Part shown: piece after piece, positions 22,893 to 35,408 of the stretch
Layout: every line of letters starts with the position of its first letter
Numbering within the stretch: position 1 is the first letter of the stretch
NCBI GenBank assembly: GCA_032718475.1
Contig: JAUCBJ010004016.1
Location: forward strand, 2,059-66,058
Source of the DNA: Nemertoderma westbladi
Lineage: Eukaryota > Animalia > Xenacoelomorpha
Direction: 5' to 3'
Length of the DNA: 64,000 nucleotides
Made by a program: the position numbers and the translations under genes
Notes under the pieces: generated by a model
Told to the model about the DNA's origin: nothing
The model's database searches: none
The model's input: the letters and a program-made list of their open reading frames with translations, nothing else

Positions 22893-24290
22893 GTACGGTA
22901 AATACTTGATGTATTAATACGGTCTGACGGTTGGGTTTTCTCAGCGAGATTTGGTTTCTATGTGCAACCAAATCTCGTTTCACAAATTCAAAGTATCACT
23001 AACATATTATAGGAATTGAATTTCGCCCTATCTTATAAAATTCGGTTGTTTCGAATAGGGTGAGGGCACTGAGGGAGGGGTTTGAATCCGGTTACCATAT
23101 GGCAGTATGGCCACTTTTCAAATTTCCGTACGTCTTGAAATGTTAAGCGAGCCACGAAGTAAGGTGAGACTTAGCATAGGGGTACCATTAATCAAACTGT
23201 TGTTCTGTCGTGTCCAATTTTGAACGTTAATAACTCAGCCAATCCTCAGTGAAATCTATTTTAAATTTTCCAAGTTGAATTTGCGTGTAACCTTCGAGAA
23301 GCTAAGATAAAAGCAGTTAATTAGTTAATTAAGTTGATTACGGTACAATCTGCATTTTCAAGCCTGTCTTTTAGTTTAAGTTATTTATTTATGGGGGGGG
23401 GGGGGCAGGTTGGAATTCATGCATGAGCGCGCGGGTACTCTTTGTTGTTTCGAGATCACCGCGCACCTGAAATTGGCTAGCGCACCTCACCATAATCCAT
23501 GCAAAATCAGAAAATCATGCAGCTCATGTCATGCATATCTCAAAAAATCGTACAACTCATAAGAACAATTTTACATTCCTTTTTTACAATTTTGAGCGTT
23601 TTATTCAAAACTTATCTTAGTATGTTGAATCTACATAATAAATTAAACAGTTAAATGCAACATCAAAATCAATCAATCAATCAACAAAATTGTTACTATT
23701 AAAAAATATTTTTGTAATCCACTACATTTACATTTGAAAATACATAACCCTATACTGTATGAAATTTGAATAAATATGCAATACTTCATTATCATTCTGT
23801 CATTAGGTACCAGTAATACTGTGTATAATAATTAGTATTAACATACAGTTTGCTTATATAATCTGATAATTAAGTCATAGGCCAACTTAATACATTGTTA
23901 CTTTCTGACTTTACCTGTTTACTAACGCAAACATAATAAATAACAATAGTAGGCCCTAGTTAAAATAAATTGATAAATTGTTTCACCTCCGTTATTATCG
24001 TGAAATTATTTGACTGTTTGAACAATTGCAAATAAGAAATAAACGCGAGCGAAGCGAGTGAATTTTTTTGCGTATTTTCTTGATCATCAATTAATTTGTG
24101 GTGCGCATCAGAGATGCGCGCTGAGGCGCAACGCGCATCTGTCTCACCCGAACGCGCAAAGAAACAAGTGAAGTGAAGAAACATTTCTGAGGTCATTTAT
24201 TGCCATTGCTTGTTTCAATGGTTACATGGGAACTAACAATTTGTATAGCGTTACCATGGTAGAGATACGGTAAGAGACTTATGGACTATA

Positions 24291-24470
24291 TTGGACGGAT
24301 CGATCCATCATGGATGTTGGACGGATCCATCATGGATGTTGGACGGATCCATCATTGATGTTGGACGGATCCATCATGGATGTTGGACGGATCCATCATG
24401 GATGTTGGACGGATCCATCATGGATGTTGGACGGATCCATCATGGATGTTGGACGGATCCATCATGGATG
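24291..24470. repeat. 22-bp minisatellite, ~8 copies, in the SRP68 intron
   Basis: TTGGACGGATCCATCATGGATG repeated. Confidence 0.92.
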
Positions 24471-25883
24471 TCCTTATTTCTCACGCGTGTTTGTTTGTGT
24501 GTTTATTTAATTTGTACACACAACGTCTTGCATTTAATGTTGATGGAATTAGTTGAAACTTTGATGACAGGTCCATTATCGGACCTAGTTATGTATGCAA
24601 GGTTTTTGGTTGCGAGGGACGTGCTGGTTGCCTAGCAACAGTGAAATTAATTCTAGAATTACCGATCATAATCGTAGAATTCACTCAATCAAAATTCTGT
24701 CGACACCCCATAGGGAGCATCTATTGGACATGCTTTCTGCAAAATTTCGCTTTATTTCATTTATAATTGTAGGAGAAGATACATTTCTTGCAAACAGTTT
24801 TTTTTAACATACAAAATATACTACTAATAAAGTTAATATCGATACTAGCAATAATAATAATAAAGATAACATAGTTGCCAAGGCAACATCCTATTGGAGG
24901 TTCAATGTGGAGGTAAGTAGCAGTGTAATTGAGAGAGCTGTCTGCTCCACATTGACAACTATTGGGTTCTCATTCGTTATTTACTTATTAGGCTTCACTG
25001 CTTAAGCGCCTAATTTATTACAACGAAGTAATTGTATTTTGTACAGACGGTACAAAACGGTCGGTACAGACGGTACCTTTTATACAGATGTTCCGTTTTG
25101 CGTTTTTCGTATTAGGCTGCCCTGCATAGGCGGGTAATTTATTTCAACAATATTGATAGCAATGGATCCGTCCATATTGCCAGCTCTCGCTGGCAAGATT
25201 GTATACGAAATGTTTCATAATTTAGGCATAAGGGGAGCGTATTTGGCAATGGTTCCGATAACTATTGATATTTGCAAAAATTCAACGAAATTTGCAGTAA
25301 AAGCGTTATTTCAAAACGTATAGTACAGCCACAGCCCACAGCTACCAAGGCAATGGTAACCAGATTATAAAACCTTACGCAATGGATTCTCAGATGCGGG
25401 TTTAGTGGGAATAGCAGAGTCAAGGTTGATGTAGTCTGTACGGTTAATAGACATTGTATTTTGGAAGTGGCCTGTTTCCATGGGTGAAACGGGACCTTAA
25501 ATTCCCAATTGAGCTTGGCAATCCGACGGATTCAGCATACTCGATTCAACTCCAAAGCGTTGGATAAGTTTCTAGGGGCTACTCCCCCCCCCCCCCCCCC
25601 CCCCCCTCCCCTCCAAAAAATATGCCAAATGATGAAAAAATAATAAACGCCACCAAAGTTATCCACTAAAATCGCTGCTGTCACCGGTAAGGGGGTTTGT
25701 TTCGCCACTAGACATGATTAGCACACTTATATTGGCCACCTTCACCAGAGCAGGTACCAAAATTTGGGTTTATTTCATTAATGTTGGAGCTTTATAGGAG
25801 AACACTACCGGACCGCTACTTTCCTTTCTTGTCGATTTTTTGTACTTATTATTATCAATATTAAATATTATTTATCCCTCCAG

Positions 25884-26983
25884 GCGATGAGACAACCATC
25901 AAGGCGTTACTACGCGACCGTGTTCCAGAACTCGACGCGGAATCGCTAATAATTCCGCGGGAGTCGCCGCTAGAGGTCGTCTGGAACGGCAGCCGTATTC
26001 CGGTCCGCAACCGGAAGGCCAAGGAGTTCATATCGAACTGCGAGAAGCTCGTTGTCTCGGGGGATCTCGCCATCGATACGGTGGTAGATACCTTCGATAA
26101 ACTCAGTCTGGAGGCCAAGGACGCTATGGAGAGCGTCAAAGAGGAAGGGAAGAAAGGCGAAGAGGTCAACCAGCTGGTCGAGTATCTGGGGTTCCTGCAG
26201 TTGAGTAAAACGTTAGATAGAAACGTATTGATGTGTGAGGCTTTGGAGAGAAGTGCTGGGATAGCCTCCGGAGGGGCTGGGATAGCCTCCGGAGGGGCTG
26301 GGGTCGGAGGCTCCTCCAAGAAGGCCACCAAGCCCAGCGACCTGGTCCGCATCTACGATATGATTATCCAGAATCTGAAGGACATACTGGAGAGCGTTGG
26401 TGACGGAATCCCCGATATGAGGGTCGAGACGGAACTCCGTGTGGTCGTCTACCGTGCCTTCCGTTGCTACACGATTGCCGTCGCACACAACCAGGCCAAC
26501 AAGTCTAAGGAAGCCTATACATTGTTCCAACGAGCTGAGAGTCTCGCTGATGGTTGTCTTCATTCCTCGCTACGCTCGTTACCCCGTATGTCCGATCTGT
26601 TCGCTAAAGTTACCGCGTTGAAGCAATCAGCTACTTCTGAGAAGTACACTGCCTACGCTGCTACCGTTCTAGAACTGAAGACCGTAGAGCCTGTTGTAAA
26701 GTCTAAGCTACAAGACGAGTCTCTTATTGACACTTTGGAACGTTCTGATATCGATGTGGAACATCTGTTAGCGAATAATCCGCAGCCATTCGTGCAGTTC
26801 CCGCCGGAGTTTCAACCGGTTCCCTGTAAACCCTTGTTCTTCGATTTGGCTTTGAATAGCGTTCGGTTTCCAGGGTTGGAGGATAAGATGGGGGATTCTG
26901 GGGGGACGGAACAGCAACCCGGGGGGCTGGTTGGGAGGGCCATGGGGTGGTTGTGGGGAGGGGGTGGTAAGGGGGGACAGTGA
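25884..26983 (+). CDS. SRP68: SRP68 exon 2 (spliced CDS 1770 nt, 589 aa)
   Basis: Acceptor TTTATCCCTCCAG|GC restores AYNIG-DE in frame; DLVRIYD, YRAFRCY and FPPEFQPVPCKPLFFDLA are conserved SRP68 motifs; TGA at 26981-26983. Confidence 0.93.
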
Positions 26984-29900
26984 GAGGTGGGGGGCTGGTT
27001 GGGAGGGCCGTGGGGTGGTTGTGGGGAGGGGGCGGTAAGGGGGACAGTGAGAGGAGGGGGGCTGGTTGGGAGGGCCATGAGGTGGTTGTGGGGAGGGGGC
27101 GGTAAGGGGGGACAGTGAGAGGAGGGGGGCTGGTTGGGAGGGCCATGGGGTGGTTGTGGGGAGGGGGCGGTAAGGGGGGACAGTGAGAGGAGGGGGGCTG
27201 GTTGGGAGGGCCATGAGGTGGTTGTGGGGAGGGGGCGGTAAGGGGGGGGTGAGAGGAGGGGGGCTGGTTGGGAGGGCCGTGGGGTGTTGTGGAGAGGAGC
27301 GGTAAGGGGGGACAGTGAGAGGTGGGGGGCTGGTTGGGAGAGCCATGAGGTGGTTGTGGGGAGGGGGCGGTAAGGGGGGACAGTGAGAGGAAGGGGGCTG
27401 GTTGGGAGGGCCATGGGGTGGTTGTGGGGAGGGGGCGGTAAGGGGGGGGTGAGAGGAGGGGGGCTGGTTGGGAGGGCCGTGGGGTGTTGTGGAGAGGAGC
27501 GGTAAGGGGGGACAGTGAGAGGTGGGGGGCTGGTTGGGAGGGCCATGGGGTGGTTGTGGGGAGGGGGCGGTAAGGGGGGACAGTGAGAGGAGGGGGGCTG
27601 GTTGGGAGGGCCATGGGGTGGTTGTGGGGAGGGGGCGGTAAGGGGGGACAGTGAGAGGAGGGGGGCTGGTTGGGAGGGCCATGGGGTGGTTGTGGGGAGG
27701 GGGCGGTAAGGGGGGACAGTGAGAGGAGGGGGGCTGGTTGGGAGAGCCGTGGGGTGTTGTGGAGAGGAGCGGTAAGGGGTGACAGTGAGAGGGGGGCTGT
27801 TGGAGGGCCATGGGGTGGTTGTGGGGAGGGGGCGGTAAGGGGGGACAGTGAGAGGAGGGGGCTGTTGGGAGGGCCATGAGGTGGTTGTGGGGAGGGGGCG
27901 GTAAGGGGGGACAGTGAGAGGAGGGGGGCTGGTTGGGAGGGCCATGGGGTGGTTGTGGGGAGGGGGCGGTAAGGGGGGACAGTGAGAGGAGGGGGGCTGG
28001 TTGGGAGGGCCATGGGGTGGTTGTGGGGAGGGGGCGGTAAGGGGGGGCAGTGAGAGGAGGGGGGCTGGTTGGGAGGGCCGTGGGGTGGTTGTGGGGAGGG
28101 GGCGGTAAGGGGGGACAGTGAGAGGTGGGGGGCTGGTTGGGAGGGCCATGGGGTGGTTGTGGGGAGGGGGCGGTAAGGGGGGGCAGTGAGAGGAGGGGGG
28201 CTGGTTGGGAGGGCCATGGGGTGGTTGTGGGGAGGGGGCGGTAAGGGGGGACAGTGAGAGGAGGGGGGCTGGTTGGGAGGGCCATGGGGTGGTTGTGGGG
28301 AGGGGGCGGTAAGGGGGGACAGTGAGAGGAGGGGGGCTGGTTGGGAGGGCCATGGGGTGGTTGTGGGGAGGGGGCGGTAAGGGGGACAGTGGGAGGAGGG
28401 GGGCTGGTTGGGAGGGCCATGGGGTGGGGGCGGTAAGGGGGGGCAGTGAGAGGAGGGGGGCTGGTTGGGAGGGCGTGGGGTGTTGTGGGGATGGGCGGTA
28501 AGGGGGGACAGTGAGAGGTGGGGGGCTGGTTGGGAGGGCCGTGGTGAGGGGGCGGTAAGGGGGGGCAGTGAGAGGTGGGGGGGCTGGTTGGGAGGGCCAT
28601 GGGGTGGTTGTGGGGAGGGGGCGGTAAGGGGGGACAGTGAGAGGAGTGGGGCTGGTTGGGAGGGCCATGGGGTGGTTGTGGGGAGGGGGCGGTAAGGGGG
28701 GACAGTGAGAGGTGGGGGGCTGGTTGGGAGGGCCATGGGGTGGTTGTGGGGAGGGGGCGGTAAGGGGGGACAGTGAGAGGAGGGGGGCTGGTTGGGAGGG
28801 CCATGAGGTGGTTGTGGGGAGGGGGCGGTAAGGGGGGACAGTGAGAGGAGGGGGGCTGGTTGGGAGGGCCATGGGGTGGTTGTGGGGAGGGGGCGGTAAG
28901 GGGGGACAGTGGGAGGAGGGGGGCTGGTTGTTAGGGCCGTGGGATGGTTGTGGGGAGGGGGTGGTAAGGGGGACAGTGAGAGGAGGGGGGCTGGTTGGGA
29001 AGGCCATGGGGTGGTTGTGGGGAGGGAGCGGTAAGGGGGGACAGTGAGAGGAGGGGGGCTGGTTGGGAGAGCCATGGGGTGGTTGTGGGGAGGGGGCGGT
29101 AAGGGGGACAGTGAGAGGAGGGGGGCTGGTTGGGAGAGCCATGGGGTGGTTGTGGGGAGGGAGCGGTAAGGGGGGACAGTGAGAGGAGGGGGCTGGTTGG
29201 GAGGGCCATGGGGTGGTTGTGGTGAGGGGGCGGTAAGGGGGACAGTGAGAGGAGGGGGGCTGGTTGGGAGGGCCATGGGGTGGTTGTGGGGAGGGAGCGG
29301 TAAGTGGGGACAGTGAGAGGAGGGGGGCTGGTTGGGAGGGCCATGGGGTGGTTGTGGGGAGGGGGCGGTAAGGGGGGACAGTGAGAGGAGGGGGGCTGGT
29401 TGGGAGGGCCATGGGGTGGTTGTGGGGAGGGGGCGGTAAGGGGGGACAGTGAGAGGAGGGGGGCTGGTTGGGAGGGCCATGGGGTGGTTGTGGGGAGGGG
29501 GCGGTAAGGGGGACAGTGAGAGGAGGGGGGCTGGTTGGGAGGGCCATGGGGTGGTTGTGGGGAGGGGGCGGTAAGGGGGACAGTGAGAGGAGGGGGGCTG
29601 GTTGGGAGGGCCATGGGGTGGTTGTGGGGAGGGGGCGGTAAGGGGGGACAGTGAGAGGAGGGGGGCTGGTTGGGAGAGCCATGGGGTGGTTGTGGGGAGG
29701 GGGCGGTAAGGGGGACAGTGAGAGGAGGGGGGCTGGTTGGGAGGGCCATGGGGTGGTTGTGGGGAGGGGGCGGTAAGGGGGGACAGTGAGAGGAGGGGGG
29801 CTGGTTGGGAGGGCCATGGGGTGGTTGTGGGGAGGGGGCGGTAAGGGGGACAGTGAGAGGAGGGGGGCTGGTTGGGAGGGCCATGGGGTGGTTTTGGGGG

Positions 29901-30010
29901 AGGGAGCGGTAATGGGGGACAGTGAGAGGAGGGGGGCTGGTTGGGAGGGCCGTGGGGTGGTTGTGGAGAGGGGGCGGTAAGGGGGGCAGTGAGAGGAGGG
30001 GTGGTAAGGG
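26921..30010 (+). repeat. G-rich 68-bp minisatellite, ~45 copies, overlapping the SRP68 C-terminus
   Basis: Unit GGGGGGCTGGTTGGGAGGGCCATGGGGTGGTTGTGGGGAGGGGGCGGTAAGGGGGGACAGTGAGAGGA; first two units start at 26921 and 26989. Confidence 0.97.
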
Positions 30011-30354
30011 GTCGAAGGGGGCATTTTGATATTCAGTGAATATTGTTTGGGCTGTAACTTCACCTTCACGCTGAAAGCTTTTTAATTTATTGTTCTGGAG
30101 TCCTGTAGGGTAGGTGGGTTTAATTATCTTTATAAATTGTTAAATTGTTTTACTAATTGCCTAGAAACCATGTGTGGGATAATTGTGAGGTATTTAGTGG
30201 TTATAAATAATTCCAAATTCGAATCGAATTCCAAAATCTCTAACATTTGTTTGTTAATTCATTTGTACCAATTCCCAAAATAATTGTCTATTTTGTTGGT
30301 GTGTTTATTTTTATTTCCAGTGGTGATGGCGTTTATGATAAAATCTGTATTGAT

Positions 30355-30422
30355 AAGCCTACAATGATAAAGCCTACATAAAGCCTACATAAAGCCTACA
30401 TAAAGCCTACATAAAGCCTACA
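30355..30422. repeat. 11-bp tandem repeat (AAAGCCTACAT), ~6 copies
   Basis: Seen directly. Confidence 0.85.
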
Positions 30423-30450
30423 ATGAAATAGTTTTATAATGCTCTCTATC

Positions 30451-32060
30451 CAGGGATGGCATAACAAACGAAACGAAACGAAACGAAACTAAACTGATTT
30501 GGCAATAACGAAACTAAAAACTAACGTTACGAAACGAAAAACGAAATAATTTTTTAAGTGTTTCGTTTCGTTAAATTTTTTGTTTCGTTAAATTAAAAAG
30601 TATTCAATCATTACGATATAAATTTATTAATATATTAAAATAATTGAGAGATTATAAATAATAATTATAATGATATTCTCCTTTAATTGATTGTTGTAAA
30701 CTTGTAATGTAAACAGAGTAAATTATTTCCTACAATACAGCCAACCTTTATTGCCTACCAGCTACCGGTACCATTGCAATGCAACAGCCAAGGGCGGACT
30801 ACAGTAGAACAGTAATAATGAGACACGGTACGTTACGTCTGGTACCAGTAGAGTAGTGTATAAAACTCAAAAGGCGACATACCGCAAAATAGTTGGGGGG
30901 AGTCAACACCTGTATTGATAGTATTATAATATACTATTTTATACTATACCGGTAATGTATTGTGTACTACTTATACTACTATATCACGGTGTTGATAAGG
31001 GGACTGTTGTATTATTATTATTATTTATATGAATTTACATTATGAATATTATATACACCAACGCAACCCATATTTTTTGTAATCGTATACACATAATGAG
31101 GTCTCAGGAATTCTTAGCCCGCAAAACAATAACGTTTATTATTTTGGTTCCCCCAATACGCCTCTGAAACCTGCTCCTTTACGAACTCGCGGGCTAAGAA
31201 TACCCGCGTGCTAAGAATACTCGCGGGCTAAGAATAATCGTGGGCTAAGAATACTCGCGGGCTAAGAATAATCGCGGGCTAAGAATACACGCGGGCTAAG
31301 AATACTCGCGGGCTAAGAATACCCGCGTGCTAAGAATAATCGTGGGCTAAGAATACCCGCGGGCTAAGAATACTCGCGGGCTAAGAATAATCGTGGGCTA
31401 AGAATACCCGCGTGCTAAGAATACTCGCGGGCTAAGAATACTCGCGGGCTAAGAATACTCGCGGGCTAAGAATAATCGTGGGCTAAGAATACCCGCGTGC
31501 TAAGAATACTCGCGGGCTAAGAATAATCGCGGGCTAAGAATACTCGCGGGCTAAGAATAATCGCGTGCTAAGAATACCCGCGGACTAAGATTTCACCCAG
31601 CCCATAATGCCTCCCCCCAAATAATATAAACATTAACAATATTATGACAATTAGTTAGAATGAAATTAAATTGGGTCTGTAAAAAAAAGGTTTGACAACC
31701 ATCTAACAATCTATACTTCACATTAAAATCAAACAATCTATTAATTATACAACAAAATGTAACAAAATCTGACATTATCAATTGAGCTCTGCTCGGGTTC
31801 CTGCAGACTAAAATATAACAATAAAATAGAACATTGTGTATATTGAAAACTTTTATTTGATAAAAACAAAATTTTTAGAAGAAAACTAATCCAAAAACTA
31901 ATTTAAAATCTTTGAAACGAAACTAAAATTTCATAGATTGATAAAAAACGAAATGAATCTAAACGATTAAATTTGATCGGATTTGTAAAAACGAAACAAC
32001 ATTTTTGAAAACGTAACGAAATTGAAATTTCTTTCGTTTCGTTTCGTTATGCCATCCCTG
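30451..32060. mobile_element. hAT-like non-autonomous element
   Basis: TIR CAGGGATGGCATAAC / GTTATGCCATCCCTG with subterminal (AAACG)n; flanks GCTCTCTATC and GCCTCTATC resemble a degenerate TSD; contains a nested MITE. Confidence 0.7.
31100..31602. mobile_element. Second, inverted copy of the 17-bp-array foldback MITE
   Basis: End GGTCTCAGGAATTCTTAGCC is the reverse complement of 12920-12939; core matches ~11130-11195; flanks CATAATGA and CATAATGC. Confidence 0.82.
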
Positions 32061-32739
32061 GCCTCTATCACTAACTATTAACTTACTTTTACCCAGAGTT
32101 TGTCCATTTTTGCTGAGATGGTCAATAATTTCCATCAATTTCTGAAGTATTTGACCATAACAAATTGAGTCATAATATTTTTAAATATTAATAAATAAAT
32201 ACAAATAAATATATGTTAATAATACTTTACTCAAACTATTTTTTAAAGTATAATAGTAAATTGAATATTTTCGTTGAAAAGGGTCGTAAGTCCACGTACG
32301 ACTAGCGGTGTTAACAAATTATTATTCAATTTTTTAAACTTGAGTTTGGCAGATTTTATTCCGCAGTTTAAATAATTTATTGTGAATTATGATTTACACA
32401 ATATGTTAAATGTTTGGCCATGGGTTTAGAATGTATTTCTTGGTGATTGCCCCTGTTCGGTTTATTTCATTTTACTTGTTTTCTTATAAATAAATATTTA
32501 TTGATTTCAATGTTCAGTATTCATGTTCATCACACCTGACCTGACTGGCGCGAGATCTTTAAACATTTCCGTGTAATTGTAAGGCACTGCTATCTGTTCT
32601 GCAAGAACTCGACTGTTTACTAGAAACATTGTCTCCAGAAATTACCTAATTTCATATTTTGTTTGGTAAAGAGGCTCGAATCAGCATATACAATATTATT
32701 TATATCTAAACGATGGGTTGGGTACCTCTACCTCATATA

Positions 32740-33653
32740 CAGGAGGGTCAAAATCGCTAAAAGTGGCCAAAACTAAACAAAAACATTAGACACGCCGTAA
32801 CTTTTGACTTCCTCGATCATTTCCAATAATTTATATCTTAAAATGACCGGCATTTTTTGGTGTTATTGAACACCATTTTTTGCAACGCTACCTTGTATTA
32901 ATTTTTCAGAATATCTGCGCGAATTCGAAAAAACACAGATTTTTCAGTTTAGACACTCAATACATAAAGTTGAAAGCATTTCAATTTTGTAATGTTAACA
33001 AACCAGATACGTTGATATCTATATACCACTTGAAAGAGCATAAAATTCTGCAGAAGCTAATATATTATTTATTGTTGACCAATGTATCTAAGGTACGTCT
33101 ATCAGTAAGAATAAGCATTATACATTTTTATTGTTTTTTTGTGTCCCCCCCCCCCCCCCCCTGTAATGGACCAGGGTTAACTATGATGTACAGCTCCAAT
33201 CATAAAAACCTGGACTATAATATGAAAGAACCATCTTTCCCATGTTCGCTGTCCAAATTTCAGCCAATTGCATGTTAGTATATTCATGTAGTGGTAGTTT
33301 AAAGTTATGAAGTCGGGGTGTGTCGCTTGCTTTGCCCCCCCCCCCCCCCCCCCCCCCCCTGTAATGCCACTTTAAATGTCAATAAATATTCCCAAGAAAC
33401 ATAAGTCTTATATTTGGTATTTTTGAAAAGGAAATTTCGCGGGCTTTTCAACTTGCCCAAACATTATAAAATATGTATAAGTTTATTGAAGTAAGAGATA
33501 AACGAAATGTCCACCCTGTAATGCCCCCCCCCCCCCCCCCCCCCCCTGTAATGCTCCTATACTCTCCTATACTATTTCTAGTCTGAAATCGAAAACATTT
33601 TGACGAAAATCCCATCTTAAGTTTGGCCACTTTTAGTGATTTTGACCCAGGAG
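32740..33653. mobile_element. Tc1/mariner-like MITE
   Basis: Inverted match GGGTCAAAATC(G/A)CTAAAAGTGGCCAAA near both ends, TA on each side; internal poly-C + TGTAATG repeats. Confidence 0.65.
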
Positions 33654-35408
33654 TATGGCAGTTAGTTCTTAGTCAATCTGTCAGAACACATTCTTTAAGA
33701 AGCGACAAATAGTGAATTATAATGAAATGTGAACTGTAACTTATAATATATCTGCGCGCGTGTTGTGCTAACAATATCTGTACGTTGACACTTGAGGTTA
33801 ATGTTAATAGCCTTAAAACATAGTTCCCAGTCGGAATTAACAAACGAATTAAAAAACAGTTTTTGCTCCCGAACAAATATTTCTGCCTTTTTCTAGTAAA
33901 AAAAAATAAAAAAAATAAACGCGTAGACATATTCAACGAATTATTATGCTGACTGATGATGCGGGCTTCAGGGGGGGGGGGGGGGGGGGGTCGGTCCCAT
34001 TTCGGAAAGGGAAAGGATCTATCCTTTCCCATGAGGGAAAGGATCAGTCTACAATGGCACATTATTCCTACCAAAACAATAAACGATAGTCAATAGAACA
34101 GGTTACAGTTTTATTTTTGGGAGTAATCAGCTGTTATTTGCGTCGCTGTTGTAATTCCATCCATGAATTTGTAGGAAATATGTCGAATCTCTATTCCCGA
34201 AACATCTTTTAGAAATCTGTTGAAAACCAATCTTTTATAATAAATAAATAATTTTTTCGGCTGCTGTTCGTTTATTCACAATAAACCTACAGCACACCGT
34301 ATATAAGAGGAGTATTAGTGACACCTACTGTTTAAGCTGTAGTAATAATGGTGCACATTGACCCCAAGTAAAAAAATTATCCTCGGCGCAAATGGGACAC
34401 ATATGAAATAAAGTTTTGTTTATTGGTTTGGTTATAAAACACCGCCACTGCAACCTGTTCCTCATCTGCAATGCTTTCAATTAAATGAATTTTATAAAGC
34501 CACATAACACCTATGTAGTTGGTGTTTGCAAACGTTTTAAGCCATTAAATCAGTAAGATACCCTTCAAAATGATTTAGATGATATTATTTGTGTCGCCCC
34601 TCGGCCCCTGGTGTAGTGTAGTGTAAGCACTAAGATCTTTGTGCGAGGTAATAGGTCGAACAATCTCAGTTCAATGAATAAATTGCTTAATTAATAGCGC
34701 TTACTTAGTATTCTGTTGTACTAACTTCCCTCAGGTCTTCCCAACCCAATTATTATCTCTTAATATTCCCAAACAATCGAACCCAATGGTGTTGAACTAA
34801 TTATTATTAGAGTTACCGAGCTAACCATGTTGGTTTATGGTTGGGATTACGCCCATTCAACCTATTAATCTACTAAGAGGATTTGGCACCCCCATATACT
34901 GTAATTATGTAAAATGTTACCCCAGCGTGGTTACAGGGTCTCTCAGCAACTCTCAAACTACATAAATATATCGCTACATAATGTATTACATACATTGTGT
35001 TTACGTTGTTAGGAAATTATAAAAAGTTTATATTTGTGTTAACGAAATAATTTTCAGTTTTATTTCCAATGAAAAAAAATCAAAATGATCCATCAATTCT
35101 TTAAAATTATGTTCCTAGTACTTCCTTAATATATAGTACAAGTGTAGCACTTACTATTGTAGCAATCGAGTACTATTGTAGCTCTAGAATAACACAAGAT
35201 GTAGCATGAGCTACACTATTGCCTACAACATGTACTGGGAGAGTACTAGACTAGTAGTTTTTACGTGGTAGGCCTATCTACTCAATGTCTAATATTAATT
35301 ATTCATATTTCAAAACTCTCACGCTACACTAGTACTCGAGTGCTACAATACTATAGAGTGTTATACTAGTACTAGAGTGTACCACTATTACTGGAGTGTT
35401 ACACTAGT

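Noticed and set aside
22893-22909. SRP68 ORF ending TVNT* as a truncated gene
   Set aside because: This is readthrough into the intron; splicing to 25884 restores a full-length protein.
26921-30010. Telomeric or interstitial telomeric repeat
   Set aside because: The unit is 68 bp, gene-overlapping and lacks TTAGGG/TTAGG periodicity.
26724-30069. Pro-rich ORFs of 317-1085 aa on the minus strand
   Set aside because: Translations of the C-rich strand of the 68-bp minisatellite; open in all three frames because the unit has no stops; antisense to SRP68.
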